Of a DNA stretch of 64,000 nt, positions 1-9,396 are shown piece by piece. A model generated the notes under the pieces. It made no database searches, was not told where the DNA came from, and saw nothing but the letters and a program-made list of their open reading frames with translations. The DNA comes from Candidatus Sulfomarinibacteraceae bacterium (GTDB lineage Bacteria; Acidobacteriota; Thermoanaerobaculia; Thermoanaerobaculales; Sulfomarinibacteraceae). A program made the position numbers and the translations under genes. The stretch covers positions 160,001 to 224,000 of the forward strand of contig CAWCLO010000003.1 of NCBI GenBank assembly GCA_963796455.1. Reading direction: 5' to 3'. How positions within the stretch are numbered: position 1 is the stretch's first letter; each line of letters opens with the position of its first letter.

Positions 1-164
1 GACCCGGCACGCCCTGTCCGAGACCCGGTTCCGGGTGTTCGTGAAGGTCCACCCTGACATTTGAAGAGCCTCCTCGTGGTCGGGGGACTGGTGATAGTGG
101 AAACCCAGACGTTCAAAGGACCGGCCCACATCGACGTGCGCCGTGCGAGAGGCCCGTTCGGCGA

Positions 165-347
165 TTGCGCACGCTCGGTTATTCCGCCAAGGCCGGCATC
201 GGGATTTCCCTCGGCAAGAACAGCAAATGGGCGGCCTTTGGCAGCCTCCGTTACATCTGGTCGGATTTGGAGGTCACGCAGGAAGAAACAGCGACCTTCG
301 ATTTCAATATCGTGAACGCCACGGTTGGCTTCGCCTACAGCTTCTGA
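165..347 (+). pseudogene. C-terminal fragment of an outer-membrane beta-barrel protein (OmpW/OmpA-like)
   Basis: Alternating beta-strand pattern ending ATVGFAYSF (terminal Phe BAM signal). The upstream frame is closed by TGA at 42-44 and does not look like a barrel, so the 5' part appears missing. Confidence 0.5.
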
Positions 348-393
348 GGACGGATCATGGACGCGGGCCCGTGCCCGTGTCCGTGACCGGACG

Positions 394-1145
394 GAGAAAC
401 CGCAGATCACGCAGATAGACGCAGATGCCAGGCTCGTTGCGAAGACATCAGCCACCGCTGCAAACAAACCACGTCCGCCTCCCGAGTTCTTAACGCAGAG
501 ACGCAAAGGCGCAACGACGCAGAGGGCTTCCCGGCAACATCCCCAGTCCGGCGAGATCCTGGCCGCCCTGGGCGGCCAGGTACCGCTGGGTCAGGAAACC
601 GCTCCGAAAACCAACTCTCGTCGCGGTTTCCTGACCCAGCGGCCTGCGCAGTCGCGTAGGTCTCGCCTCCTTCCTCTCCTATTCTTCAATCATGGGAGGA
701 AGTCACCGAAGCAAGGCAGAACCGGCATGCCGGAGGCGTGCCGGAGGGTGGGAAGCGGGGTGACTCCGAGCGCTGGCGATTGGAGTCTCCCCTCTTCTCA
801 CCGGCGACGGGCGATCGGAGATCGTCTGGCGATCTGCCGACACTGATGGCACCCTCGCACAAGATCTGCAACTTCACCTTGGCGTCTTTGCGACTTTGCG
901 TTCTTTGCGTTCTTTGCGGTTCAACCATGTGCACGCGAGACGCGTGCACCACCATGGTGGTGCAGCCGTCCCGGCTGCACTCCGGTCGTGCCTTTGCGAT
1001 GGCTTCTGTGTTTTTCTGTGTGTTCTGTGGGCGTTCTTCCGCCTTTTCTACTCTGTGGTTCTTTCTCCCGTGCTCCTTTGCCGGATTCGAACTTGGACGC
1101 GGACTCGGACGCGTACGAGGGTCCTCGGGATCGGGATCGGCTCAA
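394..1145. repeat. Cluster of nested tandem-repeat arms and hairpins
   Basis: CGCAGAT 9-mer units at 400-426; ACGCAAAG/ACGCAGAG units at 492-525 with complementary CTTTGCGT units at ~876-920; TTCTGTG units at ~1004-1030; perfect hairpins at 558-580 and 583-602/623-642. Confidence 0.75.
929..980. repeat. Pair of GTGG-type REP palindromes
   Basis: GTGGTGCACGCGTCTCGCGTGCAC (minus, 929-952) and GTGGTGCAGCCGTCCCGGCTGCAC (plus, 957-980); same family at 14744-14794 and 58919-58969. Confidence 0.75.
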
Positions 1146-1148
1146 GAA

Positions 1149-1802
1149 TCAGCCGGAAACGTAGGGATTGGTGGAGCGCTCGCGGCCGATCGTCGTATCG
1201 GGTCCGTGACCGCAGATCACTCGGGTCTCATCGGGCAGAGTGTAGAGCTGCTCTCGGATCGAGCGCTCCAGAACATCAAAGGACCCGCCCGGCAGGTCGG
1301 TCCGGCCGATGGACCCGGCAAAGAGCACGTCACCCACCACCGCCGTCGCGCCTTGCTCCGGCGAGAGAATAAAGCAGACCCCACCGGGTGAATGGCCAGG
1401 GGTGTGGCGCACCTCAACGTTGAGGTTTCCAATAGTGAGCGTCTCGCCGTGTTTCAGATCGAGATCCGGTTCGGGTGGCGCCTCCACCTCGAGCCCGAAC
1501 ATCTGGGCCTGCATTGGAGCATTGCGATAGAGATCGATCTCGTCGGGGTGGAGGCCGACCGGCAAACGGCCTCCGAGCAGGCGGTGGATCTCGGCGGTGG
1601 CTCCGACGTGGTCGAGGTGCCCGTGGGTGTGGAGAATCATAGTGGGTCGCAAACCCGAATCACGAACACGCTCGGCGATCCGCTCACCCTCTTCACCCGG
1701 GTCGATGACGACCAGCTCACCCGCTTCGGCATCACCCAGCAACACACAGTTGGCTTGAATCGGACCGACTGCAAAAACATCAAGAAAGAGCGAAGGCGTC
1801 AT
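1149..1802 (-). CDS. MBL-fold metallo-hydrolase (glyoxalase II/YcbL-like)
   Basis: THGHLDH, HTPGHSPG, GDVLFAGSIGRTD and GHG motifs. Confidence 0.93.
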   Translation of the reverse strand: MTPSLFLDVFAVGPIQANCVLLGDAEAGELVVIDPGEEGERIAERVRDSGLRPTMILHTHGHLDHVGATAEIHRLLGGRLPVGLHPDEIDLYRNAPMQAQMFGLEVEAPPEPDLDLKHGETLTIGNLNVEVRHTPGHSPGGVCFILSPEQGATAVVGDVLFAGSIGRTDLPGGSFDVLERSIREQLYTLPDETRVICGHGPDTTIGRERSTNPYVSG

Positions 1803-1809
1803 TAGCCCC

Positions 1810-2757
1810 TTACCCGTGGAGAATTTCGGAGTTCGGATTTCGGGTTGCGGGTTTTCGTCTCCACCCGCTCAGTGGCTGAGGTTGCCGGCACTCCGAATTC
1901 CGAATTCCGAATTCCGAACTCATTTGAAATACCCTTTCCACCAGAAGCCCCATCATCTTGACCAATTTAGGTTTCGCCTTCTCACCCTCTTCGAGAACCT
2001 CGGTATGGGTCAACGGTCGATCCACCAGACCGGCAGCCGGGTTGGCGGCAAAGGACAGAACCAAGATCTTCAGCCCCATGTGGTGGGCTGCGATGACTTC
2101 CGGGACGGTCGACATACCGACCACCGTTCCGCCGAGCTTCTGCAGCATGCGAATTTCTGCCGGTGTTTCGAAGGAGGGGCCGAGCAGGGCCGCATAAACG
2201 CCTTCGCGGACATCGAAACCGGCTTCCGAGGCCGTTGCAAGCGCCACCCGCCGAAGATCGGCGTCATAAACCTCGGACATGTCAGGGAACTGGGGACCGA
2301 ATGCTGTGCCCCATTCCCCTACGAGTGGGTTGGAACCCTGGAGATTGATGTGGTCGGCAATGACCACCAGGGACCCGGCCACGACTGCAGGATCCAACGA
2401 ACCCGTGGCATTGGTCGCGATCATCGTCTCCGCACCGAGCAGACCCGCAAGCCTCACCGGCGCCACCACCTCCTCCGGCCGGTAGCCCTGGTAGAGATGG
2501 AAGCGACCATTGAGAACCATCAGGGTCTCGACGCCGCGGCGCCACAGCGTGATGCTCTGGCGATGGCCCATGAGGGTCTGGATATGGAAGGGAAAAACGG
2601 TCTGGAGATCGATCTCCTCGCGCGCCGTCCAGCCGGGAATCTCGAGGCTGAGGCCGGAGCCGGCCACCAAGAGACCGCGCACTTTTCCCGGAGAATGGTG
2701 TTCTCGGAAATCGTTCGCAACCTGCCGCATCTGATCGGGTGTCAACTGAGCGCCCAT
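1810..2757 (-). CDS. Purine-nucleoside phosphorylase (trimeric PNP family)
   Basis: GSGL, GRFHLYQG, GPSFETPAE and VGMSTVPEV motifs; start chosen at ATG 2757; C-terminus runs into a heptamer repeat. Confidence 0.92.
   Translation of the reverse strand: MGAQLTPDQMRQVANDFREHHSPGKVRGLLVAGSGLSLEIPGWTAREEIDLQTVFPFHIQTLMGHRQSITLWRRGVETLMVLNGRFHLYQGYRPEEVVAPVRLAGLLGAETMIATNATGSLDPAVVAGSLVVIADHINLQGSNPLVGEWGTAFGPQFPDMSEVYDADLRRVALATASEAGFDVREGVYAALLGPSFETPAEIRMLQKLGGTVVGMSTVPEVIAAHHMGLKILVLSFAANPAAGLVDRPLTHTEVLEEGEKAKPKLVKMMGLLVERVFQMSSEFGIRNSECRQPQPLSGWRRKPATRNPNSEILHG
1820..1920. repeat. Inverted pair of heptamer tandem arms (TTCGGAT / CCGAATT)
   Basis: gaatttcggagttcggatttcggg ... ccgaattccgaattccgaattccgaa. 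Confidence 0.75.
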
Positions 2758-2778
2758 GGCGCGAAGACTAACACAAAA

Positions 2779-2900
2779 GGAAATTCCGGATTTCAAATTT
2801 CGGATTTCGGAATTTCAGCCTGCCCCCCAGTCAATCGCCGGGTAAATCGAAAGGGATCAGGAAGATAAATTCCCAAATGCGAAATCCTAAATCCAAAATC
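2779..2900. repeat. Inverted pair of heptamer tandem arms (GGATTTC / GAAATCC)
   Basis: ggatttcaaatttcggatttcggaattt ... aaattcccaaatgcgaaatcctaaatccaaaatc. Confidence 0.75.
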
Positions 2901-2961
2901 TGCGTCCGGTGATCTCCATCTCTACCAACGCCCCGTCAGTTCTGCTAGTGTTGCGCCCGCA

Positions 2962-5900
2962 ATGGCACGAATTCGTCTGCACTCGGTGAAGCTGTCGGGC
3001 TTCAAGTCTTTTCCTGATGAGGTGGAACTCGCCTTTCCGGGAAGGGTGTCGGCGATTATCGGACCGAACGGATGCGGCAAGTCCAATCTGGTGGACGCTA
3101 TCCTCTGGGTTCTGGGCGAACAGAGCCCCTCGCTCATGCGCCTCAAACAGATGGGGGATGTGGTCTTCTCCGGTGCCAAATCGCGACCGGCGGCGGGCTC
3201 GGCGGAGGTCACTCTTGTCCTGGCATCGGACGAGGGTCACTGGAAAGAAACCGACGGCCGGCTCGAGGTTCGGCGCCGCGTCTTCCGGACCGGTCCTTCC
3301 GAATACCGGCTCAACGGGCGCACCGTACGACTGAAGGACATCTTCGATGAACTTGCCGGCGTCGGTCTCGGCACCCGTGCCTACTCCATCATCGAACAGG
3401 GCCGGGTCGGTCAGGTGCTTTCAGCGCGCCCGATCGACCGCCGGGCGCTGCTCGAGGAAGCCGCCGGAATCACCCGCTATAAGGCCCGCAAGCACGAATC
3501 TGAGCTCAAGCTCGAGCACACCCGCCAGAATCTTCTCCGCCTCGATGACGTGATCTCCGAGGTCGACCGGACGCTGCGCCAGATCAAACGCCAGGCCAAA
3601 CAGGCCGAACGTCACCAGAAGCTCGAAATCGAACTCGTCGAACACCTGCGACGTCTCTTCACCATCGAGGCCCACAGCCTCGACGCACAGCGAACCGAAG
3701 TGACCCGCCGGCGCGCGATGGGCCAGAATGAGGTCGCTGCCGCCGCTGCGGCCCTCGGTGGCTGCGACGCAGACCTCGGCGGGGCCAGAAAAGAGCTCGA
3801 GGTAGCCCGTCACGAGACTGAAGCGGCTCGCGAAGAGGTCGCGACCCTGCTCGGTTCCCGCGAGCGCCTGGAGGCCTTTCTCGAACGCTCCGCCGACATG
3901 CTCGACACGCTGCGTGCGTCGCTCGACCACACCAAGACCGAGACAGCCACCCTTGGTTCCTCTCGCGGTACCCTCGAGACCGCACTCACAGAGGCCGGCA
4001 GCCGCCATGAGGATCTGCTGACCAATCTCGAACGGATGCAAAAGGACGTCGCCGCCGCACGCACATCCTACGAGGAGACGGACGGACGACGCGGGGAGGC
4101 CGAACAGGCCGCCGCGAAACAACGGCAGGATCTTCTCCGGACCATCTCATCGCTGACCGAGAGCCGCAATCGTCTCGGCGATTTCGAGCGCGAAAAAGAC
4201 CGTCTCACCTACACCCTGAGTCAACTCGACCGCGATCAGAAACGGCTCATGGAGCGTCACCAGGAACTCGGTGAAAACGTCGGACAGGCCGCCGAGAAGA
4301 GTCGGGCCGCAGCGGCAAGCGCCAAAGAGATCGCAACACGCCGTCGTGAAATTTCCGACCGCCGAGCCCGCCTCCAGGAGGAAGCGACCACCGTCAAACA
4401 CGACAACGAGTCCCTCGGCCACTCTTTGTGGGATCTCCGCCACCGGCTCCAGGGAGTCGAACGCCAGATCGCACGACATGCAGCCGCGGCCGACGCGATG
4501 AGTGACATGATCCCCACCGATCTCGTGATCGGTCAGCTTGGTGACTTCCTCCACCCCGACGCCGAGCTCGCACCGCTGCTCGACCGCGCGTGGCGGGAAT
4601 GGCTCGAGCTCCCCGTCGTCCGTGCTCAGGCCCTTTCGAGCGAACAGCTCATGATTGCCAGAGAACTCGAAGGGCGCGTGCGGCTGGTGGCGGCGGACGA
4701 GGTGCCCGAGGCGGCGCCGGCGGCGGTGCCGAACGGTGCCCGCGACCTCCTCGCCGAGGCCGGTGTCGAGCCCAGACACCGCGGTTGGCTGACCCGCTCA
4801 TTGCCGCCGACATACTTTGTTGACGACGCACGACGGGCCGCGGCAATCGCCGACGAAAACCCGACCGCGATCGTGGTCAGCTCAGACGGGGTACTCCGAC
4901 AGGGGCGGGTTCTAGAACCCACCACCGCTGGAGACCGTCATCCCGGTGCTTTGGTCCTCCGCACCCATCAGCTTGAACTGCGAAAAAATATCGACGAGTT
5001 CACGGCTCGCACCGAGAGTTCGTCCGACCGCCTGCGAGAAGTCAGCGCCGAGTTGGAGGGCCAGACCCTGAGCCTGTCCAGCCTCGATGCCGAACTGGTG
5101 GATGCAGAACAAGAACGGGCGAGGACCGCGGCGATCGCAGACTCCCTGGCGCAGGATCTCGGCCGGGTCGAACGGGAGCTGGAGTCACTGGCGGCTGAAA
5201 AAGACCGCAACCTGGCGACCGCCACGGAGATCGACAACCGCCACCAGCGCCTTGAAATCGAGGTTGGAGAACTTGACCAACGCAGCCATGATCTCGAACA
5301 CGCCGTCGAGGACGCAGCCAACAAACTCGCGGTCCGGCGTGAAGAGACCGCCGAGAGACTTCGCGAACTTGACAGATGGCTCGCCGAAGAGCGGCTGGCC
5401 AAAGAACGAACCGAGGCCGCCCGGATCGAGGTCGAACGCGTAAAGAGCGAAATCGCCGCACTTGAAACCAGGGTGGGCGCGCTCGGGACCGAAGCCGAAC
5501 GGCTCGGCGCCGAAAAGGAAAACACCGAAAGAGAGGTGGTTCGGTCACGCACTCGTCTGGCGGAGGAACAGGGGCTGCTCGCCGCAGCGAGAGAACACGA
5601 ACGCCGGCAGGCCGAGGGAGTCGAGAACATCGCCAATCGTGTGGAAACGCTGGAAAAAGAGGTCCGTAAGCGGCGTGAACTGCACGACCAGGAACGCGAG
5701 AAACTGCACGCGATCGAGGTCGAGCTGACCCGCACCGAAGGAGAATGGGAGCGACTTCGAGAGCACGCGGCGGACGAACTGGGGATCGGACCGGAAGAGC
5801 TGCTTGCCGCCGAGCCCGATACCGAGGAAGACGCCGATGTCCTGCGCACCGACATCGACGGTATCCGGGCCAAACTGGAACGTCTCGGCCCTGTCAATCT

Positions 5901-6480
5901 CCTGGCGCTCAAGGAACTCGACGAACTGCAGGAACGATCGGAGTTTCTGGGTGGCCAGCGCAAGGACCTCGTGGAGGCCCTCAAAGCCCTGGACGAGACG
6001 ATTCGCGAAATCGACGCCACCTGCACCGAACGTTTTGTCGCGACATTCGAAAAGGTCAACGCAGTCTTTGCCGAAACCTTCAGCACGCTTTTCGGTGGCG
6101 GCACGGCCCGTCTCGATCTGGTGGACGAGGACGACCCGCTGGAGTCCGGAATCGATATCACCGCGCAACCTCCCGGCAAACGGAACCAGTCGGTGCAGTT
6201 GTTGTCCGGTGGCGAGAAGGCCTTGAGCGCTCTGTCTCTTCTGCTGGCGCTTTTCCGCATCAAGCCTTCCCCCTTCTGCATCCTCGATGAGGTCGACGCG
6301 CCCCTCGATGACGCCAATGTCGGCCGTTTTTCAGATCTCGTGAAGGCGATGACCGAACACACCCAGTTTGTCCTCATCACCCACAACCGCCGCACCATGG
6401 CCCACGCCGATCTGCTTTATGGCGTGACGATGGAAGAGCCCGGTGTCTCCAAGGTCGTTTCGGTGCGGGTGGAAGAGTGA
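2962..6480 (+). CDS. smc: Chromosome segregation protein SMC
   Basis: GFKSF, Walker A GPNGCGKSN, long coiled coils, LSGGEK signature, LDEVDAPLD Walker B/D-loop; 1172 aa. Confidence 0.97.
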   Translation: MARIRLHSVKLSGFKSFPDEVELAFPGRVSAIIGPNGCGKSNLVDAILWVLGEQSPSLMRLKQMGDVVFSGAKSRPAAGSAEVTLVLASDEGHWKETDGRLEVRRRVFRTGPSEYRLNGRTVRLKDIFDELAGVGLGTRAYSIIEQGRVGQVLSARPIDRRALLEEAAGITRYKARKHESELKLEHTRQNLLRLDDVISEVDRTLRQIKRQAKQAERHQKLEIELVEHLRRLFTIEAHSLDAQRTEVTRRRAMGQNEVAAAAAALGGCDADLGGARKELEVARHETEAAREEVATLLGSRERLEAFLERSADMLDTLRASLDHTKTETATLGSSRGTLETALTEAGSRHEDLLTNLERMQKDVAAARTSYEETDGRRGEAEQAAAKQRQDLLRTISSLTESRNRLGDFEREKDRLTYTLSQLDRDQKRLMERHQELGENVGQAAEKSRAAAASAKEIATRRREISDRRARLQEEATTVKHDNESLGHSLWDLRHRLQGVERQIARHAAAADAMSDMIPTDLVIGQLGDFLHPDAELAPLLDRAWREWLELPVVRAQALSSEQLMIARELEGRVRLVAADEVPEAAPAAVPNGARDLLAEAGVEPRHRGWLTRSLPPTYFVDDARRAAAIADENPTAIVVSSDGVLRQGRVLEPTTAGDRHPGALVLRTHQLELRKNIDEFTARTESSSDRLREVSAELEGQTLSLSSLDAELVDAEQERARTAAIADSLAQDLGRVERELESLAAEKDRNLATATEIDNRHQRLEIEVGELDQRSHDLEHAVEDAANKLAVRREETAERLRELDRWLAEERLAKERTEAARIEVERVKSEIAALETRVGALGTEAERLGAEKENTEREVVRSRTRLAEEQGLLAAAREHERRQAEGVENIANRVETLEKEVRKRRELHDQEREKLHAIEVELTRTEGEWERLREHAADELGIGPEELLAAEPDTEEDADVLRTDIDGIRAKLERLGPVNLLALKELDELQERSEFLGGQRKDLVEALKALDETIREIDATCTERFVATFEKVNAVFAETFSTLFGGGTARLDLVDEDDPLESGIDITAQPPGKRNQSVQLLSGGEKALSALSLLLALFRIKPSPFCILDEVDAPLDDANVGRFSDLVKAMTEHTQFVLITHNRRTMAHADLLYGVTMEEPGVSKVVSVRVEE

Positions 6481-6495
6481 AGTAAGGATCTGGAA

Positions 6496-7165
6496 CCACT
6501 CTTGTCCAAGACAGAGTCTCAGACAGCGTTCAGGGACAGCGACGGCGAACAGTAGTCAGGGGCAGCGTTCAGTCATCAGCGGCAGCGAACAGCGGCCGGG
6601 GCAGCGATAGCACCAGTGATCAGCTCTCACTTCGTCGGGTTCAGCAAACGCCAGGTCATCGCACGGACCTGATCGAATGCGTTCATCGCTTCACTGGCTC
6701 CGTTCGGGCTGATCGCCCCGGCGTGGGCGAGGAGCTCCAAGTGGCTGTCGACCTCTTTCGCCGAAGCGTAGGCGATCCTCCAGTCGTTCAACCGGTCTCT
6801 ACCGAATCGACCGTACCCTTCTGCCAGGTTCGCAGGGACTGAATTTGCCGACCGGATTACCTGATCGGCAATGAACTTCAGCGGAGCTGGAACCCTCATT
6901 ACAAGCTTGATCGCGATGCCTGCTGCTTCGAGGGCTTTCGCGTGGGCAACGAGGTTGGTGTGCTTGGCGGCGTTGGCCATGGTCACCTCCGGGTCGTTCA
7001 TGCCCAGTCCCACAAGCCGGTGTGGCCACGCCGCCACTGCACCTGATCGCTGGCCCTGAACACTGATTGCTGCCCCCTGTCCCTGTTCGCTGTTGCCTGT
7101 CGCTGTCGCTGGTAGCTGACGCGGATTCCTGTCGCTGATCGCAGATGCTGTCCGCCGCCCCTGAT
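6496..7165 (-). mobile_element. Putative four-helix-bundle cassette, full copy A (CAG-rich arm, gene, CTG-rich arm)
   Basis: Gene enclosed by complementary degenerate ~6-mer arms; the same arms recur at 14601-14945, 28241-28575 and 58700-59100. Confidence 0.65.
6627..6980 (-). CDS. Four helix bundle protein (23S rRNA IVS protein / bAvd-like), 117 aa
   Basis: DQVIRSANSVPANLAEGYGR...IAYASAKEVDSHL matches the family motif; GGAGG RBS 5 nt before ATG 6980. Confidence 0.9.
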   Translation of the reverse strand: MANAAKHTNLVAHAKALEAAGIAIKLVMRVPAPLKFIADQVIRSANSVPANLAEGYGRFGRDRLNDWRIAYASAKEVDSHLELLAHAGAISPNGASEAMNAFDQVRAMTWRLLNPTK

Positions 7166-7193
7166 CGGCCCAGGGTTTGTTACCCTCCACCTC

Positions 7194-7988
7194 ATGCCGG
7201 AATCGAGCAGACAATGGCGGCTGATCATCGACGGCGCCCTCCCGGGCGCCTCGAACATGGCCCGCGACGTGGCCACCCTCGAGGCCGTCTCGAAGGGTGA
7301 GTCCCCACCCACCCTGCGTCTTTACGGTTGGACCCCACCCTGCCTGACCCTCGGCCGGCACCAGGGCATCGAGGCGGCGGACACGGATTTCTGTCACGAC
7401 GAAGGCATCGACGTGGTGCGTCGCCCGACTGGCGGCAGGGCGCTGCTTCACCACCTTGAACTGACCTACTCGGTGGTCGCTCCTCTCGACCAGGGGCCGC
7501 TGCCGCGCGGCCTCCAGGAGGCCTACGGGACCATCTGTGGGGTATTGGTTCAGGCGATGCGAGATCTCGGCGTCGACGCCGAACTGACAGGCGGCGAAGT
7601 CAACCTGCAGCTTCCGGGCCCGAGAACCGCTGTCCCCTGTTTCGAAGCACCGGCCGGCGGAGAGATCGTTGTTCGAGGAAAGAAACTCATCGGTTCGGCC
7701 ATGCGCTCGCACAAAGGCGTGATCCTCCAACACGGCGCCATCCTGCTCGACTGGGACAGCCGCCTTCAGGCGGGCTCGATGGGTCTGGCCGACGACCACG
7801 GCCTCCGACCCCACATCACCACGCTCTCGGACGAACTCGAAGGAACCATCAGCCGCGACGAGCTGCAGAAGGTGATCCTCTCCGGCTTCAGCGACGTGCT
7901 CGATATCAGCTGCGTCGAAGCTCGGCCGAGCCCGTCCGAAGAACATCGAATGGGCGGGTTGGCGGATTCATTCGTCGTCAAAGGATGA
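7194..7988 (+). CDS. Lipoate-protein ligase A family protein (LipM-like)
   Basis: NMARD, LRLYGW, VRRPTGGRALLH, PCF, KKLIGSA and LQHG motifs. Confidence 0.9.
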   Translation: MPESSRQWRLIIDGALPGASNMARDVATLEAVSKGESPPTLRLYGWTPPCLTLGRHQGIEAADTDFCHDEGIDVVRRPTGGRALLHHLELTYSVVAPLDQGPLPRGLQEAYGTICGVLVQAMRDLGVDAELTGGEVNLQLPGPRTAVPCFEAPAGGEIVVRGKKLIGSAMRSHKGVILQHGAILLDWDSRLQAGSMGLADDHGLRPHITTLSDELEGTISRDELQKVILSGFSDVLDISCVEARPSPSEEHRMGGLADSFVVKG

Positions 7989-9180
7989 TCCGGCGGCATC
8001 GCCGGTGCCTTCCCGGATCCTCGGTCTGATCGCGGGCAGGAGGGCCAGACCAGGCAGGGCGAGCGCGGTTGTCAGGGCAAAAAACACGGCATAACCCAGA
8101 CTCTCGACTCCGATTCCCGTAAAGGCGCCGGCCACATCGCGGGTGAGCGCGAACATCGCGGAAAGAACCGCGTACTGGGTCGCCGCGTGCTCTTTGTCGC
8201 AGAGGTTCATGAGGAAAGAGAGAAAAGCGGCGGTGCCGAGACCCTGCGTGAAGGACTCGATGACGGACGCCACATAGATGCTTTCGCGCGGCAGCGCCAC
8301 CGCCGCGAAAAGCACATAGCCGAGGTTTGAGACCATCTGCGCGAGGCCGAGCCACAGGAGCGACTTGAAGATCCCGATACGGTTGACGATCCAACCTCCG
8401 GTCAAGGCGCCGAGAATGGTCAAAATCGTCCCCAGGGTCACCGAAATGAAGCCGATCTCAGTCAGCGAATACCCGCGGTCCACCCAGAAGGGTTTCACCA
8501 TGCGGCCGAGGGTCGAATCGCCCACCTTGTAAAGGAGGATGAAAAGCACCACCGGAACCATCCGCCATCGGAATATCCATTGCAGAACCGGGCGGATGGC
8601 GTGCCGACGTTTCGATGAATCCAGCGCCACGCGAGGACTCGCCCAACCGACCACGGCGAGCCCGAAGAAAACAACTGCGAGCATCACCCAGAGCAGGCCC
8701 CAACCGGTGAAATCAGCCAGCATCAAGAATCCACCGCCGCCGACAAAATACGCGGCGCGGGCTGCAGAGACCCTGGTGCCGTTGATGCTGCCCACGGTAT
8801 CCGGCGTCGACACATCCACCGCATAGGCGTCGATCGCGATGTCCTGGGTCGCCGATGCGGTCGTGAAGAGCAGCAGGAGAGCCCACATCAGGTATGAAGG
8901 ATTGGAAGCGTCCTGCGGCACCAGGGCGAGGGTCGTCGCCCCGAGAACGAAAAGGGCTGCGGTGATCCAGTGCTGACGGGTGCCGAAACGGTCCACCAGC
9001 GGCGCCCAGAGCAGCTTCCACGTCCATGGCAGGGATAGCAGGCTCATGAACCCGATTTCGCGCAGCGAAACGCCATGGACCCGGAAAAAGACCGGCCACA
9101 CGTCATAGGCGATGCCGAAGGGCAAGCCCTCGGCAAAATACAGGATCGATGATCCAGAAGAGGACTTTGCTTTTTGTCAC
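7968..9180 (-). CDS. ampG: AmpG-family MFS muropeptide permease, frameshifted near 9150
   Basis: LYFAEGLPFG, WKLLWAPLVD, SATQDIAIDAY and ATQYA motifs; GTG 9180 (MTKSKVLFWI) lies in a different frame from the body. Confidence 0.85.
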
Positions 9181-9268
9181 AGGGCGATCTTACCGCTGCC
9201 GCCGGCCGCGGTCAGCCAGGTTCCTCAGAGTATCCTAATCAGGGGTTTTCCGTGATGCTCCAGAAAAA

Positions 9269-9327
9269 GGCGGCACAGGCGCCGCCACTACCCAGATGGC
9301 CCTGGGTAGGGGCGGCGCCGTGCCGCC
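9269..9327. repeat. Pair of GTAG-type REP palindromes
   Basis: ggcggcacaggcgccgccactaccc ... gggtaggggcggcgccgtgccgcc. Confidence 0.6.
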
Positions 9328-9396
9328 CGGTCTCAATCAGCCGCGAGAAATTTATTCTCGGTGGAGAAGTTCGAATGACGCTATCGAAGTCGAGTT

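Noticed and set aside
325..1391. ORFs 325-846, 738-1391 and 896-1372
   Set aside because: Derived from repeats or antisense to the MBL gene; no protein-like motifs.
4968..6398. Long antisense ORFs (also 1816-2868, 16496-17950, 25626-27119, 40890-42389, 51036-52514)
   Set aside because: Shadow frames of well-supported genes in GC-rich DNA.
6627..6980. Diversity-generating retroelement (because the gene is bAvd-like)
   Set aside because: No reverse transcriptase and no TR/VR pair with adenine-specific mismatches in the window.
6981..7946. 439-aa ORF suggesting a long N-terminal fusion to the four-helix bundle
   Set aside because: The extension is antisense to the lipoate ligase gene and runs through the repeat arm; a good RBS and ATG exist at 6980.
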